From Candidatus Woesearchaeota archaeon (GTDB lineage: Archaea > Nanobdellota > Nanobdellia > Pacearchaeales > GW2011-AR1), in assembly GCA_964366925.1 (NCBI GenBank), contig CAYIVX010000003.1, positions 1 to 35,511 of the forward strand: a stretch of 35,511 bases of DNA, in the 5' to 3' direction. The translations under genes and the position numbers were made by a program. Below, in pieces: positions 23,992-31,057 of this stretch (within the stretch, counting starts at the first letter, position 1; each line of letters opens with the position of its first letter). Below the pieces are notes generated by a model. It saw only the letters and a program-made list of their open reading frames with translations. It was not told where the DNA came from and did no database searches.

Positions 23992-24019
23992 TTCTTCGCT
24001 ACAAGAGGTGTAGCTTCAG

Positions 24020-24574
24020 ATGGGAATAAGAAAAGCATTATCTTATACAAAAAGACAGGTAACTTCATACACTCGAAAGTCTATGAAGATTAAAAATAAA
24101 AATTATATTAAAGCTGTTCCTCTTCAGAAAGTTACAAAATTTAATATGGGCGATGTTAGAAAATTGCTTAAAGGCGGATTTACTAATTATATAGTTATTT
24201 ATTCTATGATGAATGTTCAAATAAGAGATTTGGCTCTTGAAGCAACAAGACAGATGTTGAATAATAGACTTACAAAAATGTTAATGAATAACTACTCTTT
24301 ACTTTGTAAACCCTATCCTCATCAAGTTATAAGAGAAAATAAAACTTTCTCTGGCGGTTCGAAAGGAGAAAGAGTTCAGTCGGGTATGGCTCACTCGTTT
24401 GGAACAACCATGGCAAGAAGTGCTGTTGTTAAAGTTGGAGACCCTATTTTTATTATTGCTTATCAAGATAAGAAAAATACAGAAGCAATAAGAACACTTG
24501 TAAAAAGTGCTGTTCCTAAATTACCTTGCCAGTGTAAAATAATCTATGAAGAAAATAGAGTAATACCTCAATAA
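24020..24574 (+). CDS. rpl10e: 50S ribosomal protein L10e (uL16)
   Basis: N-terminal Y-x-R/K-rich segment, PLQKVTKFNMGD, EA-x-R, and GMAHSFGTTMARSAVVKVGDPIF. Length about 184 aa. Confidence 0.88.
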   Translation: MGIRKALSYTKRQVTSYTRKSMKIKNKNYIKAVPLQKVTKFNMGDVRKLLKGGFTNYIVIYSMMNVQIRDLALEATRQMLNNRLTKMLMNNYSLLCKPYPHQVIRENKTFSGGSKGERVQSGMAHSFGTTMARSAVVKVGDPIFIIAYQDKKNTEAIRTLVKSAVPKLPCQCKIIYEENRVIPQ

Positions 24575-24612
24575 TTCTATATTTAATTTAAAATATAAAT
24601 AATAAAAAATTT

Positions 24613-24888
24613 ATGGACATGAAACTTGAACAAAAAGTAAGCAATTTTGTTAGTAAATATCCAGTAATTTCTGGTGCAGTATTAATTAAAACAATTGAAA
24701 CTGGATTAATCTTAACCTATGTTGCTTGGCCTGAAGAAACAGCAAGAACAATTTCAGATATTTATTCTATAGCTAAACAAGGTTTTCCATTTGTATCTCT
24801 GGGAATTTTAAGTTGGCCTAGAGAAATACACGCATCTTATAAACTTCTTTCAGATAAATATCTAGGTCCAAGATTTAAAATTAGATAA
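24613..24888 (+). CDS. hypothetical small protein (91 aa)
   Basis: ATG ORF. ISGAVLIKTIETGLILTYVAW gives only a very weak Roadblock/LC7-like impression. Confidence 0.35.
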   Translation: MDMKLEQKVSNFVSKYPVISGAVLIKTIETGLILTYVAWPEETARTISDIYSIAKQGFPFVSLGILSWPREIHASYKLLSDKYLGPRFKIR

Positions 24889-25110
24889 ATGTCTATCTTA
24901 AGAAATTATAATCGTTCTGAAAATATGATGGACGTTGTAGCTTGGAGAGGATATGTTTATTCTGGTTTAAGGATGCCAACTAAAGGTTTAAGTGAAAAAA
25001 GAATTGAAGATTTGAAATTCAAGGTTCAAGAAATAACTTATTCTAATGGTTATAGTGTTATTTGGATTAATTCCAGCAGTAGTTCTGAAGCATTTATTAG
25101 AGTTAAATAG
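24889..25110 (+). CDS. hypothetical small protein (73 aa)
   Basis: The ATG directly abuts the stop of the previous ORF (TAAATG). Confidence 0.35.
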   Translation: MSILRNYNRSENMMDVVAWRGYVYSGLRMPTKGLSEKRIEDLKFKVQEITYSNGYSVIWINSSSSSEAFIRVK

Positions 25111-25167
25111 CAATAGAGAATATTTATAAAATAGATATTACTTGATAAAATAAGAAGAGGTAAAAAA

Positions 25168-28100
25168 GTGGTTATTAAAAAGAGAATGGACGAGATTAGT
25201 GCATCTGGCAAATATGTTAAATGGCTTTCTGAATTATCCAAGGATAGCGGAAGTGTTGCTGGTGGAAAGGGTGCGAATCTTGCAGAAATGTATAATTCTG
25301 GTTTTCCTGTGCCTCCTGCATTTTGCATAACTGCTCAGGCTTTTGATGCCTATCTCGTGGCTGCTGGATTAAAAGCAGAAATTAATAGAATAATAAAAGA
25401 TACAGACATAGATAATACTAAAGAGTTAGATGTTAATGCTAAAAAAATTCGTGAGATAATAACTAAGTCTGAAATGCCTGAAGAAATGAGTGAAGAGATT
25501 ATAGAAGCTTATGAAATACTTAGTACAGACCAAGAAGTTAAAAAAGCAGAATCTAGATTTGTTGTTTCCAAGAGTGCATTAGATATTTTAAAGAATAGTC
25601 ATGAGTCGGTTTTTGTTGCAGTTCGTTCATCTGCTACTACTGAAGATTTGGCTACTGCAAGTTTTGCAGGACAGCAAGATACTTATACAAATATTAAGGG
25701 AAATAAAGAATTAATTCTTGCTGTAAAAAAATGTTTTGCTTCACTTTATACTGCTAGGGCCGTTTACTATAGAAAGAAAAAAGGATTCAAGGAAGGCGAA
25801 GCTTTACTTTCAGTAACTGTTCAAAAAATGGTTAATTCTGATAAGTCAGGGGTTGTTTTTACTAAAAATCCTGTAAGTGGTGCTAATGAGATTATTATGG
25901 AAGCTGTTTTTGGACTTGGTGAGGGAATTGTTTCTGGAAAAATAAAACCAGACCATTATGTTATTAATCCTGATTTAGATATTGTAGAAAAAAAGATAGC
26001 TGATAAAAAAGTAGCAATAGTAAGACAAGCAGATGGTGAAGAAAAAACCGTGACTCTTACTCCTGAGAAGAGTAAGCAACAGGTTATGAGTGATGCTGAA
26101 ATAAAAAGTTTAGCTTATACTGTTCAGAAAATAGAAGAGCATTATAAGAAACCCCAAGATATTGAATTTGCAGTAGAGACAGGAAGAATTTTTATTGTTC
26201 AATCAAGGCCAGTAACTACGATTGAAAAAAGCAGTGCTATTAAGAAACAAATACTTTCTGGAAATGTTTTATTATCGGGAATGCCTGCTTCGCCTGGAGT
26301 TGCTTTTGGACCTGTTAAATTAGTTCATACTTTGGATGACCTTGAAAAGATTATGAAGGGAGACATTCTTGTTACTAAAATGACTAATCCAGATATGGTC
26401 GTGGCTATGCAAAGATGTTCTGCGATAATTACTGACGAAGGCGGGGCTACTGCTCATGCTGCGATAGTTTCTAGGGAAATGGGAATTCCGTGTTTTTCTG
26501 GAGATACAATAATAATGACTGACAAAGGATTTATTAATTTGGCTGATGCAAATAATAGAATTTTAAACGGAGAAATAATACACACGCTTAGTTTTGATAT
26601 TCAAAAATTGAAAACTGAATGGAAACAAATATTAAATACAAGCAAAAGACAATCGCCTACAATAACTATTTCAGCATCTAAAAATGGGCAAGTAGAATGG
26701 AATACCCTAACGACTACTCCTGAACATAAATTTTTCAGCTTTGAAAGTCGTGTGCCCTGTTATAAAAAAATAAACGAAATACTTGCAAATGAGAGCATAA
26801 TTTATTCTGCTAATAAAATGCCTATCTTGCCTCAAATTTTAACAATTAATCCGCAAAAAGCATATACTTGTGGAGCTATTTTTTCAGATGGTTATTTAAG
26901 AATAAAAAAGGGTGGTGGAGGTTCTACAGTATTTGCACAGAAATCAACACCACAAAAAATGGAATTTATTAATGAAGTATGCAAAAATTTTGAAAATGTT
27001 TATGATTATAAGCTAAGATGGGTTAGACCTTCTTATTACTATTGTTATAGCAAAAAAATAACTGAAGACTTGTTAAACATTTATGACAATATTAATAAAA
27101 TTATTTTGGGATTGGATGAATATTCTATCATCAAATATCTTGCTTCTATTATTGATGGCGATGGAAATTTTATAGAAAGAGGCAAGGTAATCAAAATAAG
27201 CATTGATGCTAAAGATGTAAATCTCCTTCAATCTTTGGTTTTAAGTTGCATGAGACTTGGATTAAATTATAGAATTCGAAAAGAAGATAATCAATTTAGA
27301 TTCTATATAACTTCTGGAATAGAAAAATTAAAACCCTATCTAAAAAGAGTTATCGTGACTAATTATGAAAAAACAACGGGAGATACTTATTTTTCAGCTA
27401 AACATCTTTTTTTAGATATACCTATATGTGGCAGAAAAGGTATAAAATCTTTTGTTAAGAATAATTGTTTATTATCTGAAAGAGAAATTGCTGAAAAAAT
27501 AATACCATTCGTAAAAGACAATAGTTTAAGAGAAACTCTTTCAAAATTTGTAAATTCAAATATCGGGGCATTGAGGGTTAAAAAAATATCAGATAATGCT
27601 GTTGAAGATGTTTATAACATTGAAGTAGCAGATAATAATAATTATATTGTTTTTACTAAACTATTAACACCTTTAATAGTAAAGAATTGTGTTGTCGCAA
27701 CAGAAACTGCTACGCAAACACTCAAAGATGGACAAATAGTTACTGTTGATGGAAGTGGGGGGAAAGTTTATGATGGAAAGGTTGAAGAAAAAATTGCAGA
27801 GGGAGTAAAAGAAATATTGCCTATTGTTAGAGGTACTAAAACTAAGATTAAAGTGATGGTTGATTTGCCTTCTTTTGCTGAAAGGGCTGCTAAATCTCAA
27901 GCAGATGCAGTAGGATTAATGCGACTTGAGGGTATTATCGCTGAAAGTGGAAAGCATCCATTGTATTATGTTAAAAATGGCAATCCCCATGAATATAGAG
28001 ATGTTATTGAAGATGGTGTTTCAAAAATATCTAAACACTTTAAAGAAATTTGGGTAAGAACTTCAGATATTCGAACTGATGAATTTAGGCATTTAAAGGG

Positions 28101-28953
28101 TGCTCCTGCTGAAGTTGAAGTTAATCCCATGCTTGGATTTCACGGTATAAGATTTAGTTTGAAAAATATTCCTATTATGGAAGCAGAAATTGAAGCTGTA
28201 AGTAGGGTAGCTGAAAAAAATCCAACTAAAAAGTTTGGACTTATGTTTCCCCAAGTAATAAGTGAAGAAGAAATGGCTGAAGCATATAAAATTTATAAAA
28301 AATTCCAAAAACCAAATCTTATTATTGGAACAATGATTGAAACTCCTGCGGCTGTTCAAGTTATTCGTGGAATATGTAAGTATGCTAAATTTATTAGTTT
28401 TGGAACAAATGATTTAACTCAATTTACACTTGCTATTGATAGAGGCAATGCAGAATGCCAGTATATGTATAATGAGATGCATCCTGCAATTTTATCACAA
28501 CTTCGCCGAGTTATTGATGTTTGCAAAGAATATAAAGTTGAAACTTCGATTTGCGGACAGGCTGGCTCAAAAAAAGAAATGGTTGAATTTCTCGTTCGTC
28601 AGGGTATTGATTCTATTAGTGTTAATGCTGATATGGCACATGATATTAGCCAATATGTGTTAGAGTTAGAAACTAAATTAAAAAGTCAGGGGAATAAGAA
28701 TAATAATCCCTCAAAAAAACCTAGTGTTCTTCCTGTTGATGACATGTCTGAAATAGAAGAAAAAGAAAATGAGAAAGTAGCAGATGTTGAAAAGAGAAAG
28801 ATGGTGCATCTTCATCGCAAGGATTCAAAAACAGAAGTTGTGGAAGAAAAAGAAAGTGCTGAAGAAGAGAAGGAAGATAACGATAATAAAAAAGAAGCCG
28901 AAGAATATCCTGTTTTTGAGATAGGCTTTGACCCGTTTAAAGAAGTTAGGTGA
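25168..28953 (+). CDS. ppsA: phosphoenolpyruvate synthase (pyruvate, water dikinase) interrupted by an in-frame intein; acidic/Lys-rich C-terminal extension
   Basis: GGKGANLAEM; the ATP-grasp N-domain; phospho-His region ITDEGGATAHAAIVSREMGIP; and the C-terminal PEP-utilising TIM barrel (GLMRLEG, MIETPAA, FGTNDLTQ). The start is a GTG at 25168, with an alternative ATG at 25186. Confidence 0.92.
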   Translation: MVIKKRMDEISASGKYVKWLSELSKDSGSVAGGKGANLAEMYNSGFPVPPAFCITAQAFDAYLVAAGLKAEINRIIKDTDIDNTKELDVNAKKIREIITKSEMPEEMSEEIIEAYEILSTDQEVKKAESRFVVSKSALDILKNSHESVFVAVRSSATTEDLATASFAGQQDTYTNIKGNKELILAVKKCFASLYTARAVYYRKKKGFKEGEALLSVTVQKMVNSDKSGVVFTKNPVSGANEIIMEAVFGLGEGIVSGKIKPDHYVINPDLDIVEKKIADKKVAIVRQADGEEKTVTLTPEKSKQQVMSDAEIKSLAYTVQKIEEHYKKPQDIEFAVETGRIFIVQSRPVTTIEKSSAIKKQILSGNVLLSGMPASPGVAFGPVKLVHTLDDLEKIMKGDILVTKMTNPDMVVAMQRCSAIITDEGGATAHAAIVSREMGIPCFSGDTIIMTDKGFINLADANNRILNGEIIHTLSFDIQKLKTEWKQILNTSKRQSPTITISASKNGQVEWNTLTTTPEHKFFSFESRVPCYKKINEILANESIIYSANKMPILPQILTINPQKAYTCGAIFSDGYLRIKKGGGGSTVFAQKSTPQKMEFINEVCKNFENVYDYKLRWVRPSYYYCYSKKITEDLLNIYDNINKIILGLDEYSIIKYLASIIDGDGNFIERGKVIKISIDAKDVNLLQSLVLSCMRLGLNYRIRKEDNQFRFYITSGIEKLKPYLKRVIVTNYEKTTGDTYFSAKHLFLDIPICGRKGIKSFVKNNCLLSEREIAEKIIPFVKDNSLRETLSKFVNSNIGALRVKKISDNAVEDVYNIEVADNNNYIVFTKLLTPLIVKNCVVATETATQTLKDGQIVTVDGSGGKVYDGKVEEKIAEGVKEILPIVRGTKTKIKVMVDLPSFAERAAKSQADAVGLMRLEGIIAESGKHPLYYVKNGNPHEYRDVIEDGVSKISKHFKEIWVRTSDIRTDEFRHLKGAPAEVEVNPMLGFHGIRFSLKNIPIMEAEIEAVSRVAEKNPTKKFGLMFPQVISEEEMAEAYKIYKKFQKPNLIIGTMIETPAAVQVIRGICKYAKFISFGTNDLTQFTLAIDRGNAECQYMYNEMHPAILSQLRRVIDVCKEYKVETSICGQAGSKKEMVEFLVRQGIDSISVNADMAHDISQYVLELETKLKSQGNKNNNPSKKPSVLPVDDMSEIEEKENEKVADVEKRKMVHLHRKDSKTEVVEEKESAEEEKEDNDNKKEAEEYPVFEIGFDPFKEVR
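26491..27687 (+). mobile_element. 399-aa intein with a LAGLIDADG homing-endonuclease domain inside ppsA
   Basis: Starts CFSGDTIIM directly after REMGIP. Has TTPEHKF (block B), GAIFSDGYL and LASIIDGDGNF (DOD motifs), and VYNIEVADNNNYIV (block F). Ends IVKN, followed by the +1 Cys (CVVATE). Confidence 0.88.
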
Positions 28954-28965
28954 TTAAGATAGGGA
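28918..28965 (+). repeat. junction repeat copy A (the real ppsA 3' end plus the HepT-1 stop region)
   Basis: gagataggctttgacccgtttaaagaagttaggtgattaagataggga. Confidence 0.7.
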
Positions 28966-29367
28966 CTTATTTATTTGAGCTATGAATTCTTCGATATCTG
29001 CTCTAAATTCTTCTTTAAGTGCATAGAAAACTTTAGCATTGTCTATTTCACCATATCTATGTGCAATAAAGTTTCGCATGCCTCTAAGATCTATCATCTT
29101 TTGACATAAATCATAAGAAATTATCTTATTTTCTGCTAATATTTTAAAAGTGCTCTCGTCATTATTTGGAATTCTGAATTTTTTAAATCTGATAAAATAT
29201 AGTGCAATTTCAACTACATATTCACTTATTACTTCAAAATTATTCTGACAAGCGGCTCTTGTTTTTCCATCGGCTTCATAATCGTCATATTCTTCAGGAA
29301 GCCAACTATAAATCTCTTCTAACAGATTTTCAATATCTTTTATTTTCTCTTTTATTCTTTTTTCCAT
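28954..29367 (-). CDS. hepT: HepT-like HEPN/DUF86 toxin (cassette 1)
   Basis: GMRNFIAHRYGEID carries the R-x4-H HEPN motif of DUF86. Overlaps the upstream MNT gene by 16 nt. Confidence 0.8.
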   Translation of the reverse strand: MEKRIKEKIKDIENLLEEIYSWLPEEYDDYEADGKTRAACQNNFEVISEYVVEIALYFIRFKKFRIPNNDESTFKILAENKIISYDLCQKMIDLRGMRNFIAHRYGEIDNAKVFYALKEEFRADIEEFIAQINKSLS

Positions 29368-29855
29368 ATTGTTTTGCCTTTGCTGTCTATCTCTTTTTTA
29401 ATTTTATTTGGGAGAATATTATAAACTTGTATATCTATTTTGTCTGGAAGTTTTCCTAAACAATTAATGCGAAATTCTGTAACTTCTTTTTGTGATATTT
29501 CCGAAAATGTAACTGCAAGATCTATATCGGATTTGTATGTCAATGTATTTTCAGCAGCAGAACCATATAAGATAATTCTTTTTATTTTTGAAAAATATTT
29601 GCTTTCTAAAATAATTTCTTTTGCATTTTCTATTCTTTCTTTCAGAAATTTTCCCCTTTTTAATTCAAAATCGTCTTTAAAATTGGCAAGTATCCCTATA
29701 ATTTCAAATTTTTTTCTTATATCTCTTGAGAGACGGGTTTGCTCGGAAGCTGTTAACTTTATTCCATTTAGCTGTTTGTCAATTATTTCTATTTCTTTTT
29801 TTCCAAATATCTTTCGTGCATCTTTATTGGTTTTCAGGGCATTTAATAAGTTCAT
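29352..29855 (-). CDS. mntA: MntA-like nucleotidyltransferase antitoxin with an extra N-terminal ~60-aa domain (cassette 1)
   Basis: LYGSAAENTLTYKSDIDLAV is the NT motif. The N-terminal segment ...LTASEQTRLSRDIRKKFE is conserved with cassette 2. Confidence 0.8.
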   Translation of the reverse strand: MNLLNALKTNKDARKIFGKKEIEIIDKQLNGIKLTASEQTRLSRDIRKKFEIIGILANFKDDFELKRGKFLKERIENAKEIILESKYFSKIKRIILYGSAAENTLTYKSDIDLAVTFSEISQKEVTEFRINCLGKLPDKIDIQVYNILPNKIKKEIDSKGKTIWKKE

Positions 29856-29883
29856 TTTTCAGTTTATCTCCATAAGTTTTTCT

Positions 29884-29920
29884 TATCACTATTATGATAA
29901 AATATATCACTATTATGATA
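29884..29920 (-). promoter_or_regulatory. two phased TATCA-N6-TGATA palindromes (operator-like) between the TATA box and the MNT-1 start
   Basis: TATCACTATTATGATA at 29884-29899 and again at 29905-29920, 21-bp phasing. Minus-strand TATA TTTAAATA at 29930-29937. Confidence 0.55.
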
Positions 29921-29944
29921 TATTTTAACTATTTAAAGCTTTCT

Positions 29945-29992
29945 GAGATAGCTTTTGATCCTTTTCAAGAAGTTAGGTGATTAAGATAGAGA
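29945..29992 (+). repeat. junction repeat copy B (non-coding copy of the ppsA 3' end)
   Basis: gagatagcttttgatccttttcaagaagttaggtgattaagatagaga. 42/48 positions identical to copy A in my manual alignment. Confidence 0.7.
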
Positions 29993-30421
29993 TTTCTTTA
30001 TTTTTTCTAAAAATTCTTCAGAGTCTTTAACTATTTCTTCTGAAAATGCGTGCAAAACAATAGAATCATCAACAGTAATATAATTATGGACTATTCTATT
30101 TCGCATATCTTTTGCATCTTTTAATCTTTTGGCGAATTCTTCAGAGATAACTCCGTTCTTGAAAAGAATAAAGAATGCATGCTCTTCATCCTCTGGCTGT
30201 TTAAGATTCTTATATCTTATTAAAAGAAGAGTTAGACTTATTATGGTTTCAATAATCTTCTCAAAATATCTTTCACATGCAGCCTTTAGCTGAATATCTT
30301 GTCTATATTGTTCTAGCTCGGGAATTTCAAACCTTTCGAATTCTTCTAAGTATTTTTCTAACTCTGCTATCTTTTCATCTATTCTGTTCTTGATAGTTAA
30401 TCTTTTTTGTTGTTCATTCAT
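29981..30421 (-). CDS. hepT: HepT-like HEPN/DUF86 toxin (cassette 2)
   Basis: DMRNRIVHNYITVD carries the R-x4-H motif. 4-nt overlap with the upstream MNT gene. Confidence 0.8.
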   Translation of the reverse strand: MNEQQKRLTIKNRIDEKIAELEKYLEEFERFEIPELEQYRQDIQLKAACERYFEKIIETIISLTLLLIRYKNLKQPEDEEHAFFILFKNGVISEEFAKRLKDAKDMRNRIVHNYITVDDSIVLHAFSEEIVKDSEEFLEKIKKSLS

Positions 30422-30921
30422 TTTCTTTCGTATAATAACTTGCCATTCTTATCAATCTGTTTTTTTATCTTTTCTGGAAGTATATTATATACCTGAAGGT
30501 CTAACTTTCCCGAGAATATTCCACCAATTCGTGAACAAAAGGTTAGAGCAGTTTTTTCATCAATCTTGTCAAAATCTACAGCAATATCAATATCTGACAT
30601 TAATGTTTGTTCATTTTCAGCTGTTGAGCCAAATAATAGGATTCTCCTAATGCTTGGAAAAAGTTCAGTTTGCTTTATTCTTTCCAAGGTTTCATTTATA
30701 ATGCGCTTTTTCTCTTCACTTCGTTTTAGTCCAAATTCCTCCTTGTATTCAGAAAGTTCTTTGATTGCTTCAAATTTCTTTCTTATATCTCTGGAAAGTC
30801 TTACTCTCTCGGAAGGCTCGAGTCTAACTCCTCTAAGTTGTTTTTCAATTATCTTTAGCTCTCGCTTTCCAAATAATCTTCTTATATTTTCATTATTTTT
30901 AATTGAGTTTAGTAAGCTCAT
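30418..30921 (-). CDS. mntA: MntA-like nucleotidyltransferase antitoxin with an N-terminal extra domain (cassette 2)
   Basis: LFGSTAENEQTLMSDIDIAV. The start is set at MSLLNS (30921) by alignment with cassette 1; the track ORF extends to 30954. Confidence 0.78.
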   Translation of the reverse strand: MSLLNSIKNNENIRRLFGKRELKIIEKQLRGVRLEPSERVRLSRDIRKKFEAIKELSEYKEEFGLKRSEEKKRIINETLERIKQTELFPSIRRILLFGSTAENEQTLMSDIDIAVDFDKIDEKTALTFCSRIGGIFSGKLDLQVYNILPEKIKKQIDKNGKLLYERK

Positions 30922-30945
30922 ATTCAGTATCTTATTATAAATTGT

Positions 30946-30982
30946 TATCATCATAGTGATAACAATTATCCTAATTATGATA
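30946..30982 (-). promoter_or_regulatory. two phased TATCA-N6-TGATA palindromes upstream of MNT-2
   Basis: TATCATCATAGTGATA (30946-30961) and TATCCTAATTATGATA (30967-30982). Same 21-bp phasing as cassette 1. Minus-strand TATA at 30992-30999. Confidence 0.55.
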
Positions 30983-31006
30983 ATAAAGAACTATTTAAAG
31001 GTTTTG

Positions 31007-31043
31007 GAGGGGTAGAATCTGTTTTGAAGGAGTTAAGTGATTT
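31007..31043 (+). repeat. junction repeat copy C (degenerate)
   Basis: gaggggtagaatctgttttgaaggagttaagtgatt aligns with the 3' two-thirds of copies A and B, with a 1-nt indel. Confidence 0.5.
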
Positions 31044-31057
31044 TACTAAATATTTAT

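Noticed and set aside
25050-28663. ORFs 25050-25328(-), 27673-27900(-), 28093-28359(-) and 28430-28663(+)
   Set aside because: They overlap ppsA or its intein in other frames. ppsA is unambiguous.
28945-28951. GTTAGGT (also 29972-29978; GTTAAGT at 31032-31038) matches the integron attC R' core GTTRRRY, which suggested an archaeal integron cassette array
   Set aside because: On the cassette-coding (minus) strand this reads ACCTAAC, a plausible R''. I could not find a partner GTTRRRY with complementary L'/L'' arms within 50-130 nt; the nearest, GTTAAAA, pairs over only 4 nt. No IntI-like gene is visible. The repeat is better explained as a copy of the ppsA 3' end.
29202-30940. Plus-strand ORFs 29202-29459, 29440-29928, 30390-30650 and 30566-30940
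   Set aside because: They are antisense to the MNT/HepT genes, which have clear catalytic motifs. The sequences are Phe/Ser/Ile-rich shadows.
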